Origin: Eledone cirrhosa
Lineage: Eukaryota
Direction: 5' to 3'
Length of the DNA stretch: 64,000 bases
Assembly (NCBI GenBank): GCA_964016885.1
Contig: OZ024762.1
Span: forward strand, 24,552,001 to 24,616,000
A program made the position numbers and the translations under genes. This document shows positions 38,409 through 54,279 of the stretch, piece after piece. How positions within the stretch are numbered: the stretch's first letter is position 1; the number at the start of each line of letters is the position of its first letter. The notes beneath the pieces are model-generated. The model was not told where the DNA came from. It was given only the letters and a program-made list of their open reading frames with translations, and ran no database searches.

Positions 38409-38552
38409 ACAAATTTAATATAGAAATGGGTTTTACAGGTCTAGAACTGTTTCCTTTGAAGAAAATCAGTTCTAGTCCTGTAGAAGCCATTTCTATATTA
38501 AATTTGTTGTATACATTCTACTAATGTATTGAGTACCTTACTTACTGTGGTT
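38405..38552. mobile_element. Short foldback of the ctacaggactagaac / gtattgagtac repeat family
   Basis: Arms 38405-38449 and 38467-38513. Relatives at 3190-3290, 4580-4632, 46118-46290 and 61660-61793. Confidence 0.55.
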
Positions 38553-38603
38553 ACCCCTGATTGAACCTGAGGATCACTCGCTCACACACACACACACACA
38601 CAC

Positions 38604-38678
<75 letters not shown>

Positions 38679-40053
38679 TATATATATATAAAGGTGTGTG
38701 TTAAAAAATAGCAAAATATGAACAAGTGATTACCACACACCTACAAACCAAATCAAATTATGGTGAGGTATGTTCTATTGCTTATTATGAAATAGCTTTC
38801 TTATCAAACTGCTCATAGTAATTTTGTGTAGAATTATTATTATTATTATGATTATTATTATGATTATTATTATTATTTTCTCCTCACTCCACATAAAAAA
38901 TATTTACTTACTGCTTGCCTGATTTCGTAACTATGATTATATAATTATTATTATTATTATTAGGGCGGTGGTTTGACTGTATTGGTAGAGCTTTGCAGGA
39001 TAATGTTACAGCCCTTTACATTCTGCGTTGAAATCCCGCCAATGTTAGCTTTGACTTTCTTTCTTATGTGGGTAGATAAAATAAAGTACTAGTAATGCAC
39101 TGGGGTCAATTTAATCGACTTTATCCTCTCCTTCAAATTATTTTTGTTATTATTAGTTGAGGCATGTGACATTGAAGCTTCCTCTCCACCTGACCACCTC
39201 ATGGGCTGACTTTGTTACCTGGGGTGTATGGGATAGGGGTGTTATTTAAATCTGCATACTAGGTTCGAGTTACTTCCACACCACACCACACCACACCACT
39301 CTATGCCACTTTCACTTATATCGCTGAATAATGCTCTTGTGAAAATCATGGCCACTACTGAATCTCATTCACAATCACTATATGCCCCCCACACACACAC
39401 CTATAAATTTCTGCTGTTCTTGGGTCTGATTTTAAAAAAAAACAACAACAACCTTGTTTTTGTATTTTTTATTCATATGTAGAGGTTGAATTATTATTTC
39501 AAATTTTATTTTAATTTTTAAAACTTTGAAAATCTATCAAACCCTCACATCTAACCCATGTCTCCCTGCCCTGACTCTATCTTGACTTATATTATAACAA
39601 AAAGAACTGTTTCTTGATTTGTAAAATAGTAAATAATATAAAACCCTTTTCAGGGATTACCAGATGAGTCAATACAAGAAAAGACCCCACCCACCTTATC
39701 ATTCTCATCCTTATTTAGTAAAGAGTAAAAATCCCTCACTCTCGCTCAACAAAAATGAAAAAACAAAATTAATAATCCTTCACTGTCATGTATTCTTGCT
39801 TATATTTATTATTATTTTTATTTGATTTGAAGAATTTGTAGGGCTTGACTGCTGTCTATTTAAGTCCCTTTTAAATTCTGATTTCAATTCCCGCCGAGAT
39901 TGAATTTGCTTTTCATCCCTCTTGATCAGAAGAGGGCTGTACAGGGAGGGAGGATTTGTCAATAACTCAAAAGTACCAGTTATATACTAAAGTAGCTTTA
40001 ATCAACAGTTAAATCCACACAACATTATATTTAGGTCATGGCCTATAATATAT

Positions 40054-40250
40054 TTAACCCTTAGTATTTACATACTCTATATAATATACTATTGTATTTT
40101 CATGGTAAATACTTTATCTCACATAATTTTGAATCTATGAGATTTTGGTGTTATTTAACATCAATTGAGCGGCCAGTTACAGCCGGTTTTAACAGAGAGA
40201 GGTTAGGAAATTCTGGTCGGATATGGCCGGTTTAAAAGCTAAAGGGTTAA
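40054..40250 (+). mobile_element. piggyBac-type MITE copy
   Basis: ttaacccttagtatttac...tttaaaagctaaagggttaa. Confidence 0.78.
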
Positions 40251-40869
40251 GTTACAGATATATGTTGTCTTTTTTTTTTGCTTTTTTTGTTTGAAATTCT
40301 ATAATTTTCTCAGATGCATGCTCTCTCTCTCACACACACATACATACACAGACACACATTCACACACATACACAGAGAGACACACATTCACACATACACC
40401 CACAGATATATATAAGTACACTACACATTCACTGCACATCATACACCATACGTTGCAATCAAAAGCAAAGACGGGAACCAAAACTGACCCTCTCCCTCCA
40501 AAAAAATAAATAAAATAAAATCATAAAGTAAAACATAAAAATTGTAAAAAAAAAAAAAAATCTATTTCTAGTCAATCAAGATATTTACTTTACTTTTTCT
40601 TTTACTTTTTTCTTCAACATTTATTTTATATTCCATTTTTGTTCTTTTTTTGTTTTTTTGTGGCTTTTTTCCTTCATTTCATTTCATATATTAATTCCTC
40701 CAAAATTCTTCGAATAATAGAAAACAAGACATAACCTTCTCCCTCTATCCTCTCCCTCTATCCTCTCCCTCTATCTTCTCCCAGAAGAAAATAAAATGAA
40801 GCATAAACAAAACAAAACAAGATATAAAAGTTTCATCTATATTATAGAACATGCAATTCCTCAGTCCAT

Positions 40870-40905
<36 letters not shown>

Positions 40906-41664
40906 GTAGTAGTGAAGAGTAGTAGTAGTACTACTACTACTATTCTTAACACTACTACTACTACTATTGTTAACACTGCTACTACTACTAGTGCTACTAC
41001 TCTTCACACTACTCCTATTATTACTACTACTATTACTACTACAGCTACAACAGTTAGAAGGGTCGAGGTAACTACAGGGGCTGATAATGTAGGACCTATA
41101 ATATATTTCAATTCATTTGTAAAAGGCTCTTGTCCCCATATATGGGTAGGCTATGGTAGGGTCCAGAGGTTTGGTGTCAAATATGGAGTAACATGGAGGA
41201 AAGTGAGTTTATAATACTCTGGGATAGATGCAATCAACTTGATAACTCTCATCTTCCACTCCAAAAACTGTTCCAACCATGGATGTGCAATATCGGCAGA
41301 GCGTCGTACAACATGCTTTGTGACATATAGTTACGACCCTTTATATGTATTCTGAGTTCAGATACTGCCTAGGTCAATGAAGGAGTCAATGTAATAAAGT
41401 ACCGCTGATGTAGAATCGCTGGCCTTGTGCCTAGATCAGAAAAACCTTATTATAAAGAAAGAGATGGTGGATTGGCAGAATCAGTGGAGCAACTGATGAA
41501 ATGCGCTGCCATAACCTAATTGACATTAATCTCTGAGTTCAATTCCTACAGAGTTTGAATTTACTTTTCATCTTGGCAATTGAAGTTTTCTAGTGCATTG
41601 TATGGTTTTCAAAATTATTTAAATTTGTGTTTCTTATTCAACAATGCTTCAAGCAAACTACAAC

Positions 41665-41726
<62 letters not shown>

Positions 41727-42793
41727 ATACATTTAAAAAATGTGCTTCCATAAATGATGGATATAGGAACTCCCTGTCAGAATGTCTTTCCTATATGTTT
41801 GTTAAATTTAGGAAGATGGTATGCTCTTATCTATATCCTCTGAGATTAGTTATTAGAGTTGTATCATCATCATCTCCATCATTATTATTTTTTTTTTAAA
41901 TATGGCAGTGGAATGGCGGAGTCATTAAAACAGTGGACAAATGTTTTGAAGTATTTGTTCCACCCATCTCTTTAGGTCCTAAGATCAAATCTTGCCAAGA
42001 CAAGGTCAGTTTTATTATATGGACCCTTCTAGGTTCCATGTAAGATAAACAACAGTTAAGTACTGCAGTCAATATTATTGGGGTGCTCCTTTGCTTGAAT
42101 TACAGACCTTGTGGTGTTAACGATAGAATAATTATCGGATAAATATGTTTTATTAATGAAAATCAAAAACATCGTTAACAAATCTACTTCAAAAAACAAC
42201 AACACCACAGGTGGCATTTAAAATGGGAATGCTTTTGCCACACCACCACACCCTTGGCCTAGAGTCCATTAACCTCCCTCCTCCCCCTCCCAGTCTTATG
42301 TGACCCTAGAGCTCTCGCCTTTGCCCTCATTTTGCGTTTTTGGATAATTATTATTCCTAACATAGTAGTAGAAATAGTTACAGAATTAGAAATAATAATA
42401 CTAATACTAATAATAACGATTATTATTATTATTATTATTATTATTATCATCATCATCATCATCATCAACTATTTGTTAGCTACATCATTTATCTGCTGTT
42501 AGTATTATTATTTATATTTAAGTTTGATATGTGTAAAGTTGGTATGAGTAGAAATATTTCTTCCATGCATACAAACACACACACACACACATACATACAT
42601 ATACACCATATACACACATAAATATATATATATATGTACATACATGTCCAGTCATAATTCATACTTGGTAACTGTGAAGAACTCAATAAGGTGGTTAAAG
42701 TGTAAAACTAAAGAAAACAAGAAAAAGATATAAAATTATATATTCTCCCCCCTAACATACCATACCATCTAGGCATGAAAAGCATAAGCAAAC

Positions 42794-43500
<707 letters not shown>

Positions 43501-43565
43501 AAAGATGTTGCAGTACCATGAATATGAGAAGCACTTCGTGGTAATGTGATATCATGATGCTCTTA

Positions 43566-43596
<31 letters not shown>

Positions 43597-44769
43597 CACA
43601 CACACACACACACACATGTAGATACACACACATGTAGACACACACATATATATAGTGATTGATCTTTGGTTTGATTTTCACTGATAGGGATATGGGAAGG
43701 AGGGTATATATATACACACACACATGCTATTATATGCATTCACAGACATATATAGAATAGAAACTTCTTCAGACATACAAATGTTCTTTTTTTTTTTTCT
43801 TTTTTTTTCTCACATTCTTCATCTTATTTGAATGTTTTTGTTTGTGTTTTGTAATTTTCTGATTTTCAAGTTAGAAAAAAAAAACATTTTGTAGTCCCTC
43901 CCCAACACCACCTCTTTTGCTCTCTAATGTCTTTTTTTTTTTTTTTCCTCATCGTTGTCTTTGAATGTGTATGAGAAAGTCTTGTGGATGCAGACAGCTT
44001 GTTTCTTTAAATCATCAGTATTTTCTTGGAATGGGCTTTTTGGGAATGTAATATATATATATATATTTATATATATAATGTATGTTTTTATATATATATA
44101 ATGTATGTTTATATATATATATATGTATATGTTTTTTTCTAGTTGTGTAGTTTGTTTTAGCCATACACAGCTGACATCATGCTGGAGCACCTGTATAAAT
44201 ATGTATGTGTATGTTATATAAGTATATGTCTATAATATGCATTTTTGATATATATATATATCTGCAGATATATATATCTGCATTGTGCATGACCTTTTTT
44301 GTTTTTTTTTTGTTTTTTTCGGAGTTGGAAAACAAATGAAAAAAAATAAAACGAATGGATTTTAAAAAAATAAACAATAAAAAATACATAACATAAATAA
44401 ACATAACAAAAAAAAAAAACAAGTGTTTCATGCATGGTTTACTATTCTTAGACTTGTATGTATATATCTAGGGGGTCAAACAATAAGATGAAAAACCCCC
44501 AAAAAATCTGATTTAAAAAAATGTATTGTATTATGACCCCCTCTGTGCAATTTGCATGTGTATGTGCTAAAATTGTAATTTTTTGCTGGTCTAATGGTAT
44601 GAAAAAAACAAAAACCACCAACACAAACTCCCCTAAAAGAAAAAAAATATTACATTCGACTATTAGATTTCTTTTATGTCTTTCTATTAAAATCTTGAAT
44701 GAAAAGCATGTTCTTTTTTTAATGAATGATTTAAATGTTTTATTGTTCTCGGTTTGAAATCTTTTTTTG

Positions 44770-44781
44770 TTATATATATCA

Positions 44782-44841
<60 letters not shown>

Positions 44842-44848
44842 TATATAT

Positions 44849-44885
<37 letters not shown>

Positions 44886-44936
44886 ATATATATATATCAT
44901 ATATATTATATATATATATATATATATCATATATAT

Positions 44937-44972
<36 letters not shown>

Positions 44973-45301
44973 ATATATATTATATATATATATTATATAT
45001 ATATATATTATATATATATATATCATATATATTATATATATCATATATATTATATATATATATTATATATATATATCATATATATTATATATATTATATA
45101 TATATATATTATATATATATATATCATATATATTATATATATATATATTATATATATATATATCATATATATTATATATATATATATCATATATATTATA
45201 TATATATATCATATATATTATATATATCTATATCATATCTTATATATATATTTATTAAAATATATATATAGTATATATATATTTATTAAAATATATATAT
45301 A

Positions 45302-45350
<49 letters not shown>
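44770..45350. repeat. Long interrupted (TA)n microsatellite
   Basis: Direct inspection. Confidence 0.95.
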
Positions 45351-46544
45351 ATATGTATATAACAAGCTGCCTGTGGATAGTGGGGCTCACTTGTCTTGTT
45401 ATGATGTTATGAATATCATAATTTATTTATTTTAAATTTTTGTTTCTCAATTCGAATCTCATTTTTTCAGTTTAATATATATGCCATATTTTTTTTATTT
45501 ATATATTTTTAATTTTTTCTTTTGCAATTTAAAAGGAAAAAAAAGGGAAAAGTAAAAAAAAAATATACACAAAATACAACACTAAGATTATTAGTGATTG
45601 CACACACATACATACATACACACACATATATACATACACACACAGACACTGACACTGACTGGTTTTGCTACCTTTGTAAATTGTTGGTTTGAGCAAAAAT
45701 ACAACAAAAAAAAAAAACTGCAACTGTTGCTTGAATTGAACTTGTATATAATTATGTGTAAAACTTAAGAAGGAGGTTGTTTATTGGCAGCAGATTTAAC
45801 TAATTAGTAAGTTTATTAATTAGATAATTAATACAAAACATTTCTATATTTATTATTGTTATGCTTTTAATTATGAATAATTGGAAATATTGAAATATTT
45901 ACTAGAAATTATTTAATTACATAGAATTGATTAATTACTAAAATGTTTAAATAATAATTTTTATTATAATTAGTAATTTAAAAAAAAAATTAAATCTTAG
46001 TAAATAGAAAAAAAAATACAATGGAAGTTGTGAAAAAATGTCATTTGTCACAGCTTTCTGTTTCACCATTCTTTAAAAAAAAATTATTCTACTTTCACCC
46101 CATATATATATATATATGTAATTTAGAGGTGACTTCTACAAGGTTAGCACTGTTTCATTTGGTAATGAAATCTTTTAATGCCAAACGAAACTCCTAGACT
46201 TTTAGTAGTCGCAACTAATTAAAATATAATTTAGAAATTTTAGTACCTGTCTACTAGATGTATTGAGTACACCTGGCTTCAATTGTGGTTCGCTTCCATT
46301 CTTTAACAGAACACAATTCTATTATATTATTATTATTATTATATGGGGACAGGGGGTTAGTAGAGCATCAGACAACATCGTTTGTAGCATGAAGTAACAT
46401 CCCTTTATATTCTGATTTCAAATTCTGTCGAAGTTAGTTTTACCTTTCATGCTTACAGGGTTGATAAAATAAAATACCAGTCATGCACTGGGGTCGACTT
46501 AATTGACTTTCCTCTTCCCCTGGCTTTGTGCCAAATGTAGAAAC

Positions 46545-46584
<40 letters not shown>

Positions 46585-46715
46585 TGCTCTGACATTTTTT
46601 TTTTCTGAAAATCTTCCAATCTTCGAGAGCAAAAAAAAAAAAAATTCTAATATAATTTAGCTTTCATCTTTTTTTTATGTGGGTTTCTATGAACAGCCTC
46701 CTTCTCAATAGAATG

Positions 46716-46750
<35 letters not shown>

Positions 46751-48315
46751 ATGTAACTTGTGCTGTGGAAATGTGGAGCATGCTATCTCTTGAGAGAAAA
46801 AAAAAACTTAAACAAAAAGAACAAAAGAAATGAATTGCATTTTTCTTGATTGTATTTTGTATTTCTGGTTTCTTGAGCATTGCCTCCTGTTTTTATTTTT
46901 TATTTGTTTACCTAGTAATTCATTACATTTATTATTATTATTATTATTGTTATTATTTTTGGCCTGTTTGTAGTTTGTCGGAATGTATGTAAATGGAATG
47001 AACAGCTAATGTGTCCTGTCTGTCTTGAAGGAAATAATGGACTGAAAAAAAACAACGCATGCATGCATCCATCTATACATATATCCATCAATCTATCTAT
47101 CTATTTATCTATCTATTTATCTATAATGTAGCTATATAAGCATTGGTCTCACATTTGGTATTTCTTTAAATGCTAAGATTATGCACACTAACTGCATGCA
47201 GCCACACTCTTTATGCTGCATGTGTCTATATGTATGTATGTATGTGTGTGTGTGTGTGCGTGTATATATTGGTCATATACATATAGGTCATATAATATAT
47301 ACATATATATATAATATTATATATTTATATATATATATATACAATATTATATATATATATATATATAATATTATATACAATTATATATATATATATATAT
47401 ATATAATATTATATACAATATTATATATTTATATATATATAATATATATTTATATATATATATATATAATATTATATACAATATTATATACAATATTATA
47501 TATATATATATATATAATATTATATAAAATATTATATATTTATATATATATATATATATATAATATTATATACAATATTATATATATATATATATATATT
47601 ATATATATTATATAGGTCAAATTATATATGTACATGTATTCACATTTGATTTTCAACTGTTTTGTTGCTCTGAATTTCTTTTCTTCCCTCATTTTTTATT
47701 ACTATTTTTACTATATTTGTGTGTTTGGTTTTCTGCCATTCTTCAAGGCAATAACATTTTGAACACAGAAAAGTAAAGTCTTCAGAATACACACTTTTGA
47801 TGTAGTCCTGATGATTAGAGATATTTCAAGCAGTCTGCTGGCCCATTGTTGCAATGTTTACACTCTCACCTTTCTTTAGTAACTTGTCATCATAAGCAAT
47901 TGGTTATTAACTAGTGCTCCTACTGTTGCTCACAGCAATATCATCAACAAAGAAGCTTTACCTACATCTGTCACTTTCTCTAATCCTGTAGAGGGTGGTG
48001 GGTTTTAATGCAATATGAGCAAGCTGTCCCCTTCTATGTATCCTTAACACCCTTATTCTGCAGAGAGATCCTCTGTATCACAAGCTCCCATTACCGCCAG
48101 TATTCATTTTCTCTGGTATGTTCCTCTTCTTCTTGTCTTTAGCTTCCATTCTTTTTACTTCAGTTTTTTCAAAAACTGTATCGGATGGAAATTTTTGCTG
48201 GAAAAGTTACTCAATTTTTTGTTTGGTATTATTTGTTATTTTTTGTATGTAAAAATCTTTAAGGTTTTGTTTATTTATGAAAGGGTAGTTGACTATCAGA
48301 ATCATTAGTATAGAA

Positions 48316-48550
48316 CAGTCATGGGCAACCTGCAGCCCGCAAAGCTTTTTTTTCAGTCGTAATTTATCTTTCTATCATTTTTACGATCGAGGAAAACAAT
48401 GTGTACGAATTCTGAAGAAACAAATCAAAACAACCTGAGTTACCGCCCCTTTTTTAATGTGGGTATGAATGTAAATTAGTGCTTGCGGCCTGCCTGATGA
48501 TGAGCCATATCTCTTACGGCCCACTTCTCGAAAAAGGTTGCCCATACCTG
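48316..48550. mobile_element. hAT (Charlie-like) MITE
   Basis: TIRs cagtcatgggcaacct / aggttgcccatacctg. 8-bp TSD gtatagaa at 48308-15 and 48551-58. Confidence 0.85.
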
Positions 48551-49277
48551 GTATAGAATAATTAGTCAAATAGAGTAATGAACGATGTTTGTTTTGGCTT
48601 TCTGCATTTTGTACTCAAATCCTGCTGAATTCAAATTTGTCTTTCATCCTTTAGAGTACAGGAGTTGATTCATCTTTAGTTCTCCTTCTCATTTGCTCTT
48701 TATTACTCTCTTTCCTTCTCTGGATGAAACCAATTCCAGGTTTAAAATGCCCCTAAAACATGACATATATCACTACGGTTCCTCTATGAATCCAACAGGA
48801 GTTTTCAGTCCCATACATACATTATTTATAATAGAATGAAAGATTAGCTAAGTCATTAGTATGTCATATAGAAAGATTTGATCCAGCTTTCTGCAGTCTG
48901 TGCTCAAATTCTGCTGAATTTAACTTTGCCTTTCATCCTTTTGAGTACTGATATCAATTCATCTTTTGTGTCTTTTTTTCCCCATTTCCTCTCTATCACT
49001 CTCTTTCCTTCACTGGAAGAAATTGTGTTCATATTTGGAGAAGGGGTGGATGGGCTTTTCCAGATTTAAAATACCCCCAAAACATGCTATAAATTACTAT
49101 GGTGTCCCTATGATTCTAATTGGAGTTACAGGTCCATACATACATATATTATTTGCCATAAAATATGGAGTTTATTCTCCCTCAGCAAACTACTGTTAAC
49201 ATTTTGGTCTCAAATGTTTCAACTTCTAAGGAAACTTTGTTAATCTTCTGTTCAAATTAGCTATAAATGACCACTCA

Positions 49278-49321
<44 letters not shown>

Positions 49322-49654
49322 AAATGCTAAAGGATTTTTTAATGTTCAACATAGAAGGAAGGTACTTAGCCTTGTGGTTAGAGCTTTTGGCTCATGATTG
49401 TCAAGCTGATGGTTTGATCTCTGGGATGGGCAGTGAGTTATGTTCTTAAGCGAGGTGCATTTCCTGTTGCTCCAGTCATCTCAGCTCAAAACAAATAAGG
49501 ATCAGTACCAGGGCAGCTCAACCTTGCAATGAACTGGCATCCCATCTAGGGGTGAGGGTTGTAATCTCAGTCATTTAACACTTCTTGATACCAGGATAGT
49601 CTGTGACCTGATGAGCTGCTAGTTTTGAAACTAGCAGCTCACTTAAATAGAATG

Positions 49655-49905
49655 ATACTCATAGCTCATATACATATAGAAGAGAACAGTGGCTCATTAA
49701 CATAGAATTGAACTAATGGATAATTTAAATAGAGCAATACTCATAGCTCATTTACATATAGAGCGATACTCATAGCTCATTTACATATAGTGGAACAGTG
49801 GCTCATTTACATAATATTGAACCAGTGGCTCATTTACATATAGAGTGGAACAGTGGCTCATTTACATAAAGAGTAAAAATGGTGGCTTATTTAAATAGAG
49901 TGGGT
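49655..49905. repeat. Minisatellite, ~26-30-bp unit
   Basis: Repeated gtggctcatttacatatagag. Confidence 0.7.
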
Positions 49906-50419
49906 TATTAAATTTTTATTCAGCAAGCGCGGTTTAAAACCTGGTACCCTAAAATTTCAAATCCCCCCTTCCATCATATCATCATCTCTAAATTTGTATT
50001 TGGGAAGAACATGAACATCACACAATCTCATTTCTGGTGTCTAAAAAAACTTGAGGCCTTTTGTGGCTTTGTAAGAAACCAATCTACTGCTGATGTGTCT
50101 TGGTTGTATATAAGCGGGGCTTCCAATTTTATCATTTTTATTGTTGTTTAGTTCCTGGTCAAATCATTCTTATACCTTTTTCCCCATGCTTGCATAGATT
50201 GTGTGTGTATATATCTACATAGATTGTGTGTGTATATATCTACATATAGGAAAAGAGTCAGGACCCCGACGGCTGAGCTCCGGCCATTTCGACAGCTAGA
50301 TCTGAACTATCTATATATCTATCTATCTATCTATCTATATATGTGTGTGGCTGCTTTACAAAATATTTAGTAGGTACAATCGATTCAGTTTAAATCAAAC
50401 TTTATAAATAATTTATAGT

Positions 50420-50945
50420 TTTCAAATCTATTGAGATTCTAGTCACCAAATTCACATATAATATACTCACAGTATTCTACACATCACCTCTACCAAAAGG
50501 TATAATCTACAATTAGAATTTTCTCATATATTATTGGGTGTATAAAACCTTAGGTTTCAAATCTATTGAGATTCTAGTCACCAAATTCACATATAATATA
50601 TACACAGTATTCTACACACCTCAACTACCGACAGTATAATCTACAATTAGGGTTTTGTCTTACAGTATATGAGATTCTAGTCACCAAATTCTCATATAAT
50701 ATATACACAGTATTCTACACACCTCAAATACCAACAGTATAATCTACAATTAAGGAATTCTAATATATAAATGGGTGTATAAAACGTTAAGTTTCAAATC
50801 TATTGATATTCTAGTCTCTATATATACATACAATGTATGTATACATTCTATATACCTCTACTACAAGCACGTAATCAAACATATTTAAGATTTTCTTGAA
50901 TTTACTGCCCGTAAAAATACACTAAAGTTCTAGTCATCAGATTCA
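50420..50945. repeat. Degenerate tandem repeat (~100-135-bp unit, 4-5 copies)
   Basis: Recurrent gagattctagtcaccaaattc and cacagtattctacaca. Confidence 0.8.
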
Positions 50946-51021
50946 CACACAATAAATACATTGGAAACAACTTATTGTGATCACTTGGCTGATAACAATA
51001 TCCACGTTTATTATACACATT

Positions 51022-51121
<100 letters not shown>

Positions 51122-51230
51122 TTATTATGTGAGTAACTTGTGGTTACCAGAAACGACGGTGGTTGATGCACTCAACACTGTTATGGGGCCTATTCCTTGT
51201 TCCAGGTTTAAGGCGGCTGTAGTTTGCAGA

Positions 51231-51266
<36 letters not shown>

Positions 51267-51433
51267 GGATTGAGAGGAACAATGCTGCGTGGTTGATGAG
51301 AACAAGTGTTAGAAAGATAAGAGGACACAAACAAGATATAGACATTTTCCCCTCATCAGTTGTCTATTACGAGTCACGGATGTTTCAGCGTATTATAGAC
51401 AATACATCTATCCATAGCGCACCCATAACTTAT

Positions 51434-51477
<44 letters not shown>

Positions 51478-51726
51478 TTCTATTACAAACATGTGTATGT
51501 CATATCTTTAGTTGAATTTAATTATAATTGTTTATTTTTAATTTTTTAAAAAATTCATTTACCTCCGGTACATGCGTGCATGCATGTGTGTGCATAATCT
51601 GCAATTTACATATATGTGTATACATATATACACTTGCACTCTCTCACACACACTCAAACAAACGGTGGTCCATTATTTCCTTATCTCGCATGACTTAGCT
51701 GTGTGTCTCCTTTATTATTATCATTG

Positions 51727-51920
51727 AGGACGGTGGATTGGCAGAATCGGTAGAGCTTTGGACATTGTGCTTCGCGGCATAAGGTTACAGCCCTTTATGT
51801 TCTGAGTTCAAATCCTGCCGAGGTTAGCTTTGCCTTTCATCCTTACGGGGTCGATAAAATAAAGTTTTCCCCTCCCCCCTCCCCCCAAATTGCTGGCCTT
51901 GTACCTGTATGAGACACCAT
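51727..51920 (+). mobile_element. SINE family A
   Basis: ggtggattggcagaatcggtagagc...gagttcaaatcc...ggggtcgataaaataaag. Further + copies at ~3375, 31520, 36970, 38962, 39830, 41280, 41465, 41905, 46345, 48590, 48840 and 57925. Confidence 0.8.
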
Positions 51921-53835
51921 TATTATTTGGAATATGGTGTTTATTTATATTTTTTTTAATATATTTCTTCTCTGTAGTATGTTTGACTGATTTTGATTTT
52001 TTTTTATTGTGTTTTTATTTTCAATAATTTTATTTATTTAAATTTTTTTTTTTTTTTTTAAATTTCATTTATTGATTTCTGTTGAACAATGACGATGTGA
52101 AACGAAAAAAAGAAAAATAATAATAATGGAAACTCAATCAAAATTAAACGAGCGAAAAATTAAATTAAATTAACTCTTTACAGTAATAATATAAATAATA
52201 ATTATTAATTTCAAATAAACGAGCAAAGAAATTCTTGCATAAAAAGTTATATTAATATTATTAATATTCCCATTTACTGCATACTTCCAATCATAAAAAA
52301 AAAAATTTAAATGTATATATACACTGTGTGTGTTTGTGCATGTCTATAAACATGCATATATGTGTGTGCATATATATATATATATGCATATGTATGTATA
52401 TATATATATATGTGTATATATATATATCCAATCCAGGGCCTTCTCTCTCATGATGGGGCAGCCCCTCCCTTGTTGACCTCCTCCATGCTTGGGCAATTCT
52501 GGGTTGGTCAGGCTATTTAAGCCAGAGTTGGGCTATATATATATATATATATACATACATACACTTTTATATATATATATATGTGTACATATATATATGT
52601 ATATGTACATATATATATATGTATATATATATAAATATGTATATGTACAAATATATATATGTGTATATATATATATATATATGTGTATATATATATATGT
52701 ATATGTACATATATATATGTATATATGTATATATATATACGCACAGGCACACACACACATACTTGTCCTCCAGCTAATTATCCTGGGGGGTGGGGGAAAA
52801 CAACAACACAAACAATAAAAAAAATGTATAAATACCAACACAAAACCAAAATTAAGACAAAAATAAAATTATTAACTAATATATAACGATTTATGATTAA
52901 TTCCAATTTATTATTGAAGGCAATAAAAGTTGTTTACAGTCCCTCGTCCTCTCTCTCTCTCTCTCTCTCCCCCTCCCTCTCTGTTATACATACATAATCT
53001 TTATACATACATATATACACTTACTCACATGAAGTCACATGCATATATAAATATATATATTTTCTGTGCATGTCTATACGCTATTCTGCCTAGTGTACAT
53101 ATATATATATACACTCACACACTCACATGCATATATAAATATATATATATACACTCACACACTCATATGAAGTCACATGCATATATAAATATATATATTA
53201 TATGTGCCTGTATATAGTTTGTCTGCCTTGAGTAAAAAAAAAAAGAAAAGTGAAAATTGCTTACTGATTAACTGAAGCATGCGATTCACATTTTGTTTAT
53301 CTTTTAATATATATTTTTTTGTTTTTTTTTCTTGCTTTTGCACTTGTGTGTGTGTGTTTTTCGTAACAGCATTTTGTTATCCCATCATTGGTGTTAATTG
53401 GTATTACAATTATTATTATTACTACTACTACTCATACAACTGCTACTACTACTATTACTACTATATATATATCTACCTACCACTATAATTATGCGACTAA
53501 AAAAAAATGGAAAAAATATTTGTTGTCATGCTTTTTAAAAATTTAATTATGAATTAATTTTTTTTTTTATTATAATTTGCACTCAATCTTTCTTGCATGT
53601 GTATATATAACTATATATATATATAACATTATGTATATATATAATGGGAAAAAAAGCAAAACAAAAGAAAATTCTATTTGCATGTCTTTGATTCGTCTTT
53701 ATTAACCATTCATTGAATTGTCAAATTTCTTCCTAATTTTTACCATTTTTTTAAATTCCGGCTCTTGTCTGTGCCTGACAATGTTTTCTATTAATGTAGT
53801 AGCTATATATGCATATATATATATATTTATATGTG

Positions 53836-53866
<31 letters not shown>

Positions 53867-54279
53867 ATATACATATATATGTGTATATGTATACATATAT
53901 ATGTGTATATGTATGCATATATGTATATATTTTGTTTGCGTGTTTGTATTTGCATATTGGTCTCAATTTATCTGTAGTTTAGTGAAGTATCTTTCACACA
54001 CTTTCATTACTTACCCAATAATTAATTATTAATTAATAATAATAGTAATAAAAATGTTTTTGTTTTTTTTTTTGTTTGTATTGTCCAAATTTGGATTCAC
54101 AAGCTGTTGCATGCTGTTTGTCCTTTTAATTAATCTCTATGGTTGCTATGCACAAAGCATCTTAGTTTTTGAATTCTCTTTCTGCCCTACTCCTCTCTCA
54201 CAGACACAGACGCACATACAGAATTGCCGTATATACTCGAATATAAGCTAAGGAAAATGTTACCAAAAATTTGATGTTT

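Noticed and set aside
40912-41214. Thr-rich mucin-like ORF
   Set aside because: Degenerate (ACT)n microsatellite.
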